In this document: in pieces, positions 25,462 to 39,230 of the stretch
Position numbering within the stretch: the stretch's first letter is position 1
Layout of the letters: each line of letters begins with the position of its first letter
Origin: Lama guanicoe
Taxonomy: Eukaryota
Direction: 5' to 3'
DNA: 64,000 nucleotides
Assembly (NCBI GenBank): GCA_013239625.1
Contig: MU054026.1
Span: forward strand, 1,054,001 to 1,118,000
Program-made: the position numbers and the translations under genes
The notes under the pieces: model-generated
What the model was told of the DNA's origin: nothing
What the model saw: the letters and a program-made list of their open reading frames with translations, nothing else
Database searches by the model: none

Positions 25462-26574
25462 TGGTTCTTTGAAAAGATCAATAAGATTGCTAAGCATGTA
25501 GCCAGAGTAACAAAGGAAAAAAAGAGGGAGAGAAGGAAAAAATTACTAATATAAGGATTAAAAGAAGGGACATCAATACAGACCCTGTGGGTAAGAGTAA
25601 TGGAACATTATGAGCAATTCTATGTCCTAAAATTTAATAACCTAAATAAACAGATGAATTCCTTGAAAGGCACAGATTGGCAGAATGCACACAAAAATAA
25701 GTAGACAATCTGAATAGGTATATATCTGTTAAAGAAATTGCATCAAAAATAAGTAATAACCAGAAAGCACCAGGCCTAGCTGGGCTCACTGATTTATTCT
25801 ACCAAATTATACCAACTCTTTATAATTTCCCCCTGAAGATAGCAGAAATAATATATCTTTAGTTCATTATATGAAACTAGAATTACCCTAATATCAAAAT
25901 CAAACAAAGGAATTTTGACAAAAGAAAATTACAGACCAATATTTCTCATGAACATATGTGCAAAAATCTTCAATTAGATACTAGCAAATCAAATTCAACA
26001 ATGTTTAAAAGTAGTTATACCCCATGACCAAGTAGGATTTATCCCAGATATGCAAGACTGGTTCAACATTTGAAAATCAATTCATATAATCCATCACATT
26101 AACAGGCTAAAGAAAGTAATCGCATAGTCATAAGAAAAAGTACTTGACAGAATCCAATGCTCATTAATGATAAAAAAAAACTCTTAGAAAACTAGAAACA
26201 AAGATAAATTTATTTAATCAAATTTTTCAAATCTACAAAATATCTACAGCTAACATCATATATGATGGTAAGGGACTGACTCCAAGTGCTCGTGCTAAGA
26301 TCAAAAACAAGGCAAGGGTATCTCCTCTCACCATTGATGTTCAATATCGTATCAGAAGTCTTGGCTAACTCAATAAGACAAAAAGAGGAAGTAACAGGTA
26401 TACAGGTTGAAAAGAGAGAAATAAAACTTTGTTGGCAGATGACATTGCTATTACATAGAAAATCTGAGACAATGGGCAAAAAAAAAAAATCCTAGAACTG
26501 AAAGCCATTATAGCAAAATTACAGGATACGAGGTTAACATAATGCCTCTGGTAATTACAAAAGCAACCTACGAG

Positions 26575-27066
26575 TGTGTTTGTTCGTTGGTTTGTTTGTG
26601 ACATATAATTGACCTACAACACTAGGTTAATTCCTGTTACACAGCATAGTGATTAGATATTTCTATACATTTCAAAATGATCACCATGCTATATCAGTTA
26701 CAAATCTGTCACCGTACTATTACAAAGTTATTGACTATATGCCCCACACTGTACATTGCATACCCATGATAAATTTATTTTGCAACTAGAAGTTTGTATA
26801 TCTTAATTTCCTTCATTCTATTTGTTTCTTTCCCCCACCCATCTCTGTTTTGGTAACCACCTGTTTGTTCTCTGCATTTATAACTTTGTTTCTGTTTTGC
26901 TGTTTGTTCATTTACTGTGTGGTTTAGATTCCACATGTAAGCGAAATCATACAGTATTTGTCTTTCTCTGTCTGATTTATTTCACTAAGCATAATACTCT
27001 CTAGGTCCATCTGTGTTGTTGCAAATGGCAAGATTTTATTATTTTTATTGCTGAGTAGTATTCCAT

Positions 27067-27100
<34 letters not shown>

Positions 27101-27582
27101 CGCACATATTGTATAAAACATCTTATTTTTCTATTCTTCTATTGATGAATACTTTGGTTGCTCCTGTATATTGGTTATTGTAAAAATACTGCAATGAACA
27201 TAGGGGTGCATATATCTTTTTGAATTAGTGTTTTTGTTTTCTTTGAAGAAATACCCAGGAGTGGAATTTCTGGATCATATAGTAGTTCTACTTTTAATTT
27301 TTTGAGAAACATTTCCTACTGTTTTTTTACTGTGACAGCACCAATTTACATTCAAATGAACAGTACTAAAGGGTTCCCTTTTCTCCACATTCTCACCAAC
27401 ATTTGTTATTTGCTGTCTTTTGAGAAGAGCCATTCTGACAGGTATGAGATGTTGATTGTATTTCTCTGATGAGCATCTTTTCATGTGCCTGTTGGCCATC
27501 TGTATGTCTTCTCTAGAAAAATGTCTGTTCAAATCTGCTCCCATTTTCTTAATCAAGTTGTTTTATTTTTTGATGTTGAGTT
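26575..27582 (-). mobile_element. L1MA9-like (Laurasiatherian) 5'-truncated L1
   Basis: 3' end catataattgacc...ttcaaaatgatcacca; minus-strand ORF2 peptide [22 protein letters not shown]. Confidence 0.8.
27067..27100. repeat. Compound (TA)6(TG)11 microsatellite
   Basis: Directly visible, inside an L1. Confidence 0.95.
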
Positions 27583-29819
27583 CTGATGATGAATTTTTAG
27601 ATAAAACACCAAAGGAATGATCCATGAGAAAAATTAATTGATAAGTTAGACTTTCTTAAAATTTAAAATGTCTACTCTGTAAAAGACAATGTCAAGAGAA
27701 TGAGAAGACAAGCTACAGACTAGAACAAATGATTTACAAAAGACACATGTGATAAAAGATTGTTATACAAAATACACAGAAAACTTGAAACTCAATAATA
27801 AGGAAACAAATCACCCAATTAAGAAATAGGTCAACCACCTTAATAGACACCTCCCTAAAGAAGACACACAGATGTCATATAAACATATGAATAGATACTC
27901 AATGTCATATCATCAGAAAAATGTAAATTAAAACAACAAGATACCACTACATACCTATTACCATGGGCAAAATTCAGAACACTGATGATGCCAATTGCTG
28001 GAGAAGATGTGAATCAACAGGACCTCTCGTTCATTGCTGGTGGGAATGACAATGGTACAAGCAAGTTTAGAAGATAGTGTGGCAATTTCTTAAAAATCTC
28101 AGCATATCCTTACCATACCATTCAGTGATAGAAGTCCTTGGTATGTATTCAAAGGAGTTGAAAATTAACGTGCACACAAAAACGTGCACACAGTTGTTGA
28201 TAGCAGTTTTATTCATAACTGCCAAAATTTGGAAGCAACCAAAATGTCCTTCAGTAGATGAGTGGAAAAATAAATGTGCTATATCTAGACAATGGAATAT
28301 GATTCAGTATTAAAAAGAAATGAGCTACCAAGCCATGAAAAGACATACAGGAATTTTATTACTAAGTAAAAAAAGATAATCTGAAAAAGGCTACATACTG
28401 TATGACTCCAACTATATGACTTTATGGAAAAAGCAAAACTGCGGAGACAGTAGGAAAATCAGTGGTTATTAGAGGTTTGGAGAAAAAGGGGTGAATAGGT
28501 GAAACACAGAGAATTTTTAGAGCAATGAAACTATTCTGAATGATTCAATAATGGTAGATACATGTCATTGCATATTTGTGAAAACCCATCAAATGTATAA
28601 CACCAAGAATGGAACCTTATATAAACTCTGGACTTGGGGTGATAATGACGAGTTAAGGTAGATTCATTTGTGACAAACGTATCACTGTGTTGTGGAATGT
28701 TAATAGTGAGGAAGGTTGTAGTGTGTGGGAACAGGGTTGTACATGTTATGGGAACTCTTTGTACTTTCCATTCAAGTTTGCTATAAAACTGAAAGAGCTC
28801 TAAAAAATATATAAGGTATTAATTTTAATAATACACACAAAAAATGCATTTTAATATAGTGGACAGTAATTCAATCCATTGTATGCGTTATATACGAAGT
28901 TAATATGTGCTGTTTCAAAAATAAGTTGATATATGCCCTTTGCAAAAACACCTAGGGTAACCAGCTACTTTCAGGTATATTGATACATGAAGAGATTCTG
29001 CTGACCCAGCATTACTCAGTGCATTCACCTACGCACAGTTGTAGTATGTATGTTAACGTAAATAACCTCTTTAGAACTAGGAGTCCTTGTCTTTATCACA
29101 TTCTGAAATTTCCAACTTCACTTCCCCCTAGATGGATCATCTTATTTATAGCATTATAAGTCGAGTATAATGTGGCTTATTTAAATTACTTTCTTGCAAA
29201 GAAATAAAGTAGACTTGCCATTGACTGTACAATGCCATGGATATTTAATTTCTTAACACCCTTGTCATGATGGGAGACCTGTGATCTTGGACGTATAAAT
29301 TCAAAGGGGTTTTTACCAAAAGAAAGGTGTCGATTTTACAACGTCTCAACTGGAAAATCCGTGACCTGGTTCTTTTATAATGGGTTGCTGAGTGGCAAAT
29401 GTGCCATAAAGATAAAGAGAAAAGTCGTTTTGTGATGGACACATTATTGACAAGCTTCCTTTTAAAAATGTATACTGCTATCAAACATTTATACATATAA
29501 TTACAAAAGATAAACACATACTCTATCTTATGTAACATAAGCAGGCATGTGTGTTGACAACAAAGGGACAGGGAAATGTGGAAAAAAAACATTATATCGT
29601 ATTGCTATTTATACTCTATTACTTTGGACACTTTCAAGTAGGAATAAGAATCACTCATTTAACGAGACGTGCCTTTGTGCTACAAATTTGTTCTCTTTTG
29701 TTTTCTACAAAGGACACACACCTAAAATGATGAAACCTTCATGCATCTCCTCCAAATGAGCAGATTCTTTGAGTGATTTATTTTAATCATCATTAAATAT
29801 ATTGAAATGTTTAGTCATT

Positions 29820-30122
29820 ATGGTATAACGCATTAAGCTATAAAGCAAGAAACTGGGTTATTTTGGCATCTTTCCTGGCAACCACTAAGATGAATTCAAG
29901 AAAAAAAAATTTTTTGACGGGGGAGGTAATTAGGTTTATTCACTTATTTATTTTTAGAGGAGGTACTTGGGATTGAACCCAGGACCTCATGCAAGTTAAG
30001 CACTCCGCCACTTGAGCTATGCCTTCTCCCCATCAGGAAAATTATTTGATCAACTTATAAAATGAGAGCTTAAGGATAGTTTTATCCTAAACTTGCCTTT
30101 CAGCTCTAAATGTCTATGTTCT
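29820..30122 (+). mobile_element. MIR3-like SINE split by a camelid SINE
   Basis: aagcaagaaactgggtt...[SINE]...tataaaatgaga...cctttcagctctaaatgtctatg. Confidence 0.5.
29910..30031 (-). mobile_element. vic-1-like SINE, long form
   Basis: gggggaggtaattaggtttatt...gaggtacttgggattgaacccaggacctc...gagctat. Confidence 0.9.
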
Positions 30123-31162
30123 TTATGGAAAAGTAAATATCCATCATTCTATTATAAACAACTTTCAAACAGAAATTTTCATTCAAATTACAAGTAGTAA
30201 AAAGAAGCAGCATGCAAAAATGTTACCAAGAATAAGAGTTTTAATTTGGTTTTTATCTTGTTGTAAATAAATTCTGTTTAACACTCTTTCCTAGACAGCT
30301 TGAACCCTATTTGGGAAGAAACTTAGCTTTTGTAGTTCTTTAAATATGAAAGAAGAAAGAGAAAGAGAGAAGGAGGACTTCTTGAGAGCCAACAGAAAGG
30401 TCCAGAATATTTGCCCTCTTGGACATTTGCTGTGAAACGGCCAAGGTCATTAATATAGCCTGATATTTAAATTCACTCTATAAGGTTTCACATTCTCTTA
30501 GGCATGTTGCTAATTCTGAAAAAAATATAAACATCAAATTAAAAATAATAAAGATCAATCAGCTTACCTCTGCCTTATTAAGCTTCCAGAAATACAGAGC
30601 TATATTAAGGCATAGGACAGCTGCCTGGGGTGTAAGTGTAGGATATATACTAAAATATCACTGGAAATAGACACAATGAAGACATTCATGTTTACCAGAA
30701 GTTATATTTGTAGTTGGAAAAGGTTCTGATGAGCCTTTTGGGTGAAGGAGAAGTTCAAGTCATCCAACAGACATACTCAACTTAAAATCGATCATCATTC
30801 AACAGCTTCAACAGAGAAGAGTCAGGCTAACTGCAGAGTTTGTATCTGGTAAAGTCAGAAGTATGAGGGCAGAGCAGAAGACAAAGCAGAGAGACAGCAC
30901 GGGCCCCAGCACCCTTTCCTTCTTGCCCCTCCTTAGTGCTGCATTCAACGTCAATTTTAAATTGAATATTTCACTCCTGTTTTAAAAAGAACCATATAAA
31001 TACACATCAAACTTCCCAAGGAATTCACATGTTTTTATGGAGTTATCATGTGGTTTATCCATTAAAAACATATCAAGATATTGTGATCTCTTAATAAATT
31101 ACTCAATTCATTCAAATATTTTCTCAATATCTTATTTACGTGGGCCATAGGAACCCTATCCA

Positions 31163-31817
31163 ATGTCTTCAGAAAATGTTGTGTGTAGATGTTTATAGCA
31201 GCTTTTTTCATAGTTGTCAACACTTGGAAGCCACCAAGATGTCCTTCTGTAGATGAATGGCTAAATAAACCATGGCATGTGCAGGTAACGAAATAATATT
31301 TAATGCTAAAAAGAAATGAGTTACCAAACCATGAAATGACACAGAACAACCTTAGATACTTATTACTAAGTGAAAGAATCCAATATGAAAAAGCTACATA
31401 CTGCATGGCTCAGACCATAGACCATTCTAGAAAAGGCAAAACTATAGAGACAAGCAATTTGATGAGTTTTTGCAAGGGTTTAAAGGGGAGAGAAGAATTA
31501 GAAGAATATAGACAATTTTTAGGCCAGTGAAGCTATTTTGTATGATACTGCAGTAGAAAATACATGTTATTGTACGTTGCTCAAAACCCATAGATTGTGC
31601 AACATCAATAGTAAACCTAATAGAAACTGTGAACTTTGGGTAGGTTCACTGATTGTGACAAATGAACCTCACTGGTGGAGAATGTTGATAATGGAGGCGG
31701 CTGTGCCTGGTGTTGGGCCAAGAGATATATGGAAGCTCTCTATATTATGGGCAATTTTACTGTGAAGCTAAAACTTCTGTTAAAAAAAAAAGCCATTAAA
31801 AACAACAACAACAAAAA
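31163..31817 (+). mobile_element. L1MC1/2-like 3' end
   Basis: Similar to 28190-28810; A-rich tail; TSD-like aa(c/t)cctatcca at 31152-31162 and 31818-31828. Confidence 0.85.
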
Positions 31818-34219
31818 AATCCTATCCAGAGATGAAGATCCAGATCAGTTTTACTTCCTTCCAGAGTTCATGCTCACATTCTCTGATCTACACCCTGAGT
31901 TTCCACTTCTGAACACTGTAGCAATTCTCGTCTGGAACTCTAATTTAGACCTTAGAATATATTCTATATTGCATTGTTAAAAACTCTTTTATATTGTGTA
32001 GACCATATTTTCCCAGCTCAAGTGTACACTTTCTCTGTAAAATCTAGCCCAGGGCTGGACTTGCTATGATTAAGAAATTCTCATGAATTAATGTATTTTA
32101 ATACTACCTTAATTACAGCCCATTGAATTATACAGATTCTTAAGCTATTAAAAATAAATCTTTGTTCTTAGAATATCCGACTGCTTCAGAGGAAATAAGC
32201 CTGCTTAAGAAGCTGGGACCTGTATTCCTTAAGGGTTTTTGTTCGTATTAAATCTTATCTGCCATTGTGTTGCCGGAAACTTAAATGTTCAGAATCTGGA
32301 GTTGCTTTGAATCTAAACACAATACAACATATGAAAATGCAGCTTGAGAAAATACTGAAGCCATTTGGGAAATAAATTGACTAGAATTATGTCTATAAAA
32401 TATGCATTAGTGACAAAATGCTTATGAGAAAACTAACAATGTTTACTTTTTGTCGAGATAAAAATGGCTAAATAAAATGACCTGCAATACCGTTGTCTTA
32501 TAAAGATCATCTAACTCATTCTACTTTGCCTAAGAATAAGTCTGCATGCAAAATTTACAAAGTCGAGTTAGCAGATCTCTAGATGGTCTATTCTTAAAGA
32601 GATCTAAATTAGGTTTTTCGAAGTTTAGGAACTAACACTGATGATTTCTGCTTATCTACCTCAACCATCATCAGGTTTTGAAGTTAAAAAAAATTACTAT
32701 AGCATGATGAACTTTATTGAAATTCTATTATGTGTACATAGTCAGTGAACCTTAAAATCCAGTATCAGGCCATTTGGAGACATCATATCTACACCAGGCT
32801 CTTTAAAAGCTGACTCTCTAATTGCAGAATCTTAAAAACATAAAGTTAGTTATATTAAGAAATGAAATGCGTTAGAAATGAAACATCACCTTTGAAATAT
32901 GTATGTTCCTGCTAGTATGAAATTTCTAAGGATCTGTAACAAAGATGGAAGAGGAGAAAGAAAGGGAGTCAAAGATAAAAAGATCCACCGACTTCTTTCC
33001 ATCAGGGGCTGGCATACCTCTCTTTCATCTTACCTCTCTCTAGTCTTTTTTTTTCTCAGTCAAAACTCATATTTATAAAAGTGTCTTCAGCTCATCAGAT
33101 TAAAACAAGTGACACTGAAATAGAAATGAGTCATAGGATTAGTCTCTTCACAAATATCTTTGCATCTAAACGATAAAATTTTAGAAACACTACTTTATCA
33201 ATTGAGAGATTGTGTGCTCTATTCAGGACAACAAGCTCTTTGTCTATGTCAGATTCTGAAAGAATCCAGTGGAAACAGCACAGCTTAGATGAGCCCTTGC
33301 ACCTGTGCAACATTCCTATCACATTCCTGTGTATCTTGCGGTGTCAGTGACTCATGAAAATGGGGAGAGAAAGGGACACTGGCATCGTCAAAGCACTGAG
33401 TGCTTTGTAAGGTAGCTGGCAAAACAGAAATATTGCCCATCAAGTGGCATAGATGCCACACACTATGTATTTCTCGGAGGCCAAATTCTAGCAGAAATCA
33501 ATAGAAAACCAAAAGGATTTCAATCTCCAGTGATGACAAACTTATCTAAAAGACAAGCAGGATACAGTGGTCTTGAAAGAATCTCATTGCTTCCTGAAGG
33601 AGTAAGTTAAGAACAATATGGTTCTTAGCAGAACCCCATTTAAACTGAACTCATTTAAAAATACTGACAAAGTAATAGTTTAATCAGTATATGGTCTGGA
33701 TTATGATAATTAATGAAATACATCTTGTATATTTCTGATGCTAGTAAATAATAGACTTTGAAATCAGCTCTAAAGAGGAAATAAAATGATCAACATAGTG
33801 GAGTCAAAATTAAGACAATTTACAGTTTACATAAATCACATTGTGCTATGTGGAAGAAATGAAACTGTGACATGATAAGACAGTCATACTTTTTGGAAAG
33901 TGGTAATTTTCTGTACATAGGTATAGTTTTGAAAAGTTTGTAGAAACCAGTCTGTATGAAAAAAAAGTTCAGGCACTAATCATAATTGCTTTATGAAGAG
34001 AGAAGCAATTTTAGCAAGGGATTAAATGACTTCTGGTTTTGCCACTCCAGGTAGCTAGCATGATAACAAATGTAGGTGTTTATACAGTCTTTCCTTGGGT
34101 TATGAATATCCTAGTTTGAGAAGGGAAGCCTCTGAGTAGAGAGAGGGAGGGAGAGAGAATTTTCTTCTTATCCTCAATGAGGAAATCTACAGATAGTTTT
34201 ATGATGAAGAATTAAGCTT

Positions 34220-34800
34220 TATGTTCACAGCAGCACTATTTACAATAGCCAAGACATGGAAACAACCTAAATGTCCATCGACAGGTGACTGGATAAGAAA
34301 TTGTAATATATTTATACAATGGAATACTATTCAGCCATAAAAAAGACAATAATGCCATTTGCAGCAACATGGATGCATCTGGAGACTGTTGTTCTAAGTG
34401 ACATAAGTCCAAAAGAGAAAAAAATTCCATATGACATCACTTATATGTGGAATCTAAAGAAAAAAAAAGACAAACTTATTTACAGGACAAAAACAGAATC
34501 ACAGACATAAAAAAAAGCAAACTTATGTTTACCAGGGGGGAAGGCTGTGGGAAAGGATAAATTGAGAGTTTGCAATTTTTAGATACTAATATATATAAAA
34601 TATTTAAACAAGAAGTTCATAGTGCATAGTACAGGGAACTATATTAAATATCTTGTAATACCTTATGGTGAAAAAGAATATGAAGATGAATATATGTATG
34701 TTCATGTATGACTGAAGCATTATGCTGCACACCAAAATTGACACAACATTGTAAATTGACTATACTTCAATAAAATATATATTTTTTTAAGAAAAGATAA
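34220..34800 (+). mobile_element. Young L1 3' end
   Basis: MEYYSAIKKTIMPFAATWM peptide plus 3'UTR; no TSD found. Confidence 0.92.
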
Positions 34801-34809
34801 GAAATGTGA

Positions 34810-37800
34810 AAACCCCTTGATGTCCCTGAAATTACTATTCTGATCCTTAAATCCATTAATTTGCATTGTTTTTTATATTTTGAATAAGTGGAATCTTAAG
34901 ACAGTATTCATATGTTTCCGACTTACTTTAGTCAATATCATATGTGTGAGATCCCTCTATGGTTTTACACATCTATTCATTATTATTATAATAAAATATG
35001 CCTTTGTATGAATATGCCACAATTTATTTCTCTATTCTGTAGTTAATGGACACTTAGATTGTTTCCAGTTGGGGTTAACGCTGAATTGAATGTTCTTTCT
35101 TTTATTTAAGCGCTTATGCAATATTCAGTTGGGTTTATATTTAAGTGCATAATCGTAGGTCATAAGGCATGCATGTGTTCAACTCCAGTAGATTTTGCCA
35201 GACTGTTTCCCAGAGCAGTTACTTACATTTATACCACTACCAGGAGTGTATGAGAGTTCTGGTTGTTCCAGATCCTCACCAGCTTCTCAGTCTTCTTATT
35301 TTCCAACGTTCTGTTCTGCACGTAATGATATTTTCCTTGTAGTCTTGCTTGCATTTTCATGGATACTAATGAGAATGAGTCTCTTTCCAAATGTAGAGCG
35401 GTAATTCCATTTCCTCTCTCGTGAAGAAGTATTTAAGTCTGTTGGCCCATCTTCAATTAGGTTGTCTAGTTCTTAAAACGTGCTGAAGATCTTGAAAGCT
35501 CTGGATATGGACCATTTGTCAGAAATGTGTTGCAAATATTTTCCCTACTCAGTGGTTTGCCTTCTCATTCCATTAGTATCAGTAGGAATTGTTAGTTTTG
35601 ATGTGTTATAGCTTATCGATCTTTTATGGTTAGTACTTTCTATGAATTTTTAAAAGAGACTATCATTAGAGTGGTCTCCATTTGTTTTCTTCCAGATGAA
35701 AGAAAATTCTTACCTTTCACATTTATATCTGTGATCCTGCTGGATTTCCTGTAGTAGGGATCAAATTTTTTTATCCATATGAATGCCAGTTTGAGCCAGC
35801 TCCATTTGTGAAAGAGAACTTGCTTTCTTCAGTGTTCTCCAGTGTCACCTTGTGATAAAGCAAGTGCCCGTGTATGTGTTAGTCCAGTTGCGTGCTGTTA
35901 TGTCTTATTATGTCTGTTACCTGTCTTTGCATTGATAATGCAATGTCTCAGTTACAGTAGCTTTGTAATAAGGCTTGATATCTGGTAGTAAAAGACCTTA
36001 AATTGACTTTTCTTATTTAGAACTGTCCTTTCTATTCTTGCTTTGCATTTCCATAAACATTTCAAAGTTTGTTTTTCCATTTGCATGTATACACATGCAC
36101 ATCTGTATTTAATTGGATTGCAATGAATATATAGATAAACTTGAGGAAAATTGATAACTTTATATTATGGGGTATTTTAGTCATTAAACATTGTAAATAT
36201 TTAATATTTTCCCTAATAATTTAGGGCTTTTTCTAAGTAAATTTTGTTGTACATCATTCATTATTTCTTTGTATTTTTGTACCATTTTTAATATTTTATT
36301 TCCTAATTTTTTAAATATATTGAACTTGTTATTCTTTGCTACACAATAAATCATTTTAAAATATTGTCTTAAAACAATAGTCATTTTACTAAAATTTATC
36401 AGAGTTCTGGGGGTTGCCTGGGTTCATCTAGGCAATTTTTGCTCAGCATCTCTCATATGGTAATGGTCAAATGGAATCTGGGGATGGAGACATCTCTAAG
36501 ACTTCCTCAGTAACGTGTCTGGTACTTGATGCTGGCTCTTGACTAGGATCTCAATTGTTGACTATTTTCCAGAGAATCTGCACATGTCCTATTCATATGG
36601 GCTGGGCTCAGTCATAGCATGGAGCTTGAGCCCCAAGAGGAAGCACCCCAAGAGGATCAAGCAGAAGCCGCATCACTTGTTAAACGACCTACGCTTATAG
36701 ATCGTATAGCATCACTTCGTCCGTAGTTACAGGTTTGTCCAGATTCAAGGGGGAACATAAACTTCATCTCTCAATGAGCAGATTGTCAATATCACATGAT
36801 AAAGAGCGGGCTGGATGGGTGATCTTGTTGCATCCATCTTGGAAAATACAGTCTGCCACAACTTCACTAAATTTACTTATTGATTGTTCTCAGTTTATCC
36901 TAAGCATATAGCTATGCCATCCATAAATAATGACAGTTTTATTATCTATTCAGCATTTATAATATCTTTTTTCTTGATTTACTGCTATGATGTTCAGTAC
37001 AATGTTGAATAGAATTGTCGATCTCAACTTGAAAGATAAATTAAATCGGGCCTCCTTGTTTCATTCCTGATTTCAGGCAGACAACTCTCAACATTTCTTC
37101 ATCAAGTATGCATTCTGTAATTTTTTCCAGAAGCACTTTTATAAAATTATGAAAGAATTTTTTTCTAGTCATTGTTTTCACAGAGTTTTTATCATGAGAG
37201 AATGTTGAATTCTACAAGTGCCTTTGCTTTTTCTATTGAGAGCATCACATGAGCCTTCTTCATTTTAGGAATTGCAGTGATTTTTTCACTTGTGAATTCT
37301 ACCATGTATTCCTGGAATCAATCCAAGTCCTGATGTATTATCACTTACATATTATTGGATTATGCTTGCTGATATTTTATTTAGGATTTTTTGCATCTAT
37401 GCTAATAAGTGAGATTGAACTCTTTTTTGTTATATTCTCGTCAACTGTTGTTTGCAAAGCTATAATGGTCTCAAAAAAAAGTTGGAAACTCTACCTTTGA
37501 AATAACTTGTGTGAGATCAATGTTATTTCCTCTTAAAAGTTTTGGAATAACTTAACTGGTGAAGCATTCTGGGCCCTGGTATCTGTTGGGGGAAGGTTTC
37601 AATTAATGAATTCAACATATTTAAGAGTTATAGGAATGTATGGTTTTTCTATATATTCTTATAATTCATTGGATACATTTTATTTTTCTAGTACTTTTTC
37701 TACTTTGTAAAATTAGCAAATTTATTGGCATAAAATTGTTAAAAATAAATAGCCTCTCATGGTCTTTTTAATGTCTGTAGAAACTGAAGTAATGTCCTTC

Positions 37801-39230
37801 TAAAATCCCTGATAAAGTTCATTTGTGCTTCTCTTTTTATTAAACACGCTTGACAAGTACTTATAAATTTTATTAGTCTTTCCAAAGCACCAACTTTTCA
37901 CTTTGTGATTTTACTAAGAGTGAATTCCATTAATTCATTTTTATTTGCCAAACGTACCAGAAAATTCTGGAATAAACACAGGTCTTTCTATGTTATTATT
38001 TACTGCTTTTTATTTTAATTACATATTTATTCTTTCTAATTTGTTGGTGTTTTATTTGCTAGCCTGTTTTTAAAAGCTGAGAATGGATGCTTAGCTCATT
38101 GATTTTCATTCATTCTTCCTTTAATTTGTGCATTTAAGGTTATAACTGTCTCTCCAAGGAAAACTAGCATAGTTATTTCCTAAATTTCTATGTTATATTT
38201 TGTTATTATTAAGTTCAAAATATTTTCTAATTTTAATTGTGATTTCTTCTTTGACTTGTGTGGTTTTCAGGAGTATAGTTCTTCATTTCTGAGCATATGG
38301 TGAGTTGCAAGTTACCATTTTGTTATTGAATTTCTACTATTTTTAATGAATATACTTCGTGTAATTTTAGTTCCTTGAAGTTTGTAGAATGCTGATTTTT
38401 AACACGCCATATGGTCAGTTTTTCTAAATATACCATGTGTATTTGATAAGAATATGTATTTTGGGTGGCATTTCATGTATGTCCAGATTTGCAGTTACTT
38501 TATTTCAACAATTTAAGGAAAACATTTTATTTCTTCTGGTGCCCATTGTTTGTATTAGAAAATCAGGTTTCCATCTAATTGTTATTATGCCGTATCTCCT
38601 ACAGAACACCTCCTTACCCTTCATGCTTCAGTTTTTCTCTTCTGCAATTTTCAACAAATTCAATCTCATCTATATGACGCTTTCTCTCTTTCTCTCTCAC
38701 CTTCTCTCTCTCTGCGTATGTTACTTGTATCTATAGTGATTTTTGAGTTATTAATTTTTTAAAAAAAATCAGATTTGCAAAATTCTTACTCATTATCTCT
38801 TCAAATATTACTTTTGTCTCATGCTCTCCTTTCCTTTTGGGATTTCACTTAAACCTATGTTAATATTTTTTCACCTTATCCTGTATTTCATTTATACTTT
38901 TTTCTTCATTTTCTGTAATTTTATCTCCCTGTTCATCATTCTAGAGATTTTCTTCTCAATTCTTTTTTTTGTTTGTTTACTATTTCTCAGTTCCTTTATA
39001 TCTAATCTGATTTAAACCCATCTTCCGAGTTCTTAATTTCAACTGTATTTTTAAATGTTAGTAATTCTGCTTTTTAAATTTCATATTATTGAATAAAAAT
39101 TTTAATCTATTTCCTTGAAAATGCTAAACACAGTTATTTAAAAAACCTGTGATGGATATCTTTTTTGTATCCATTTAAAGTCTCTCCTCTCTTTTTTATT
39201 ACCCTTGATTTTTCAGTCACTGTGACTTAT
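34810..39230 (-). mobile_element. Ancient L1ME/L1M-type element (3'UTR, ORF2, ORF1 remnants), interrupted by MLT1F
   Basis: Long T-rich antisense L1 (gaatatgccacaatttatt...aatggacacttagattgtttccagtt; cagtacaatgttgaataga); boundaries approximate. Confidence 0.75.
36316..36860 (-). mobile_element. MaLR solo LTR (MLT1F-like)
   Basis: ccagattcaagggg...catccatcttggaaaatacagtctgccaca is the characteristic MLT1F terminus. Confidence 0.8.

Larger units (their letters stand above)
24130..28810 (+). mobile_element. Ancient L1MC1/2-like element (ORF2 to 3'UTR), interrupted by two younger L1s
   Basis: Degenerate ORF2 at 24130-24481, 25462-26545 and 27583-28330; 3'UTR with aacaccaag...aaactctggacttggggtgataatga typical of L1MC1/2. 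Confidence 0.82.
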
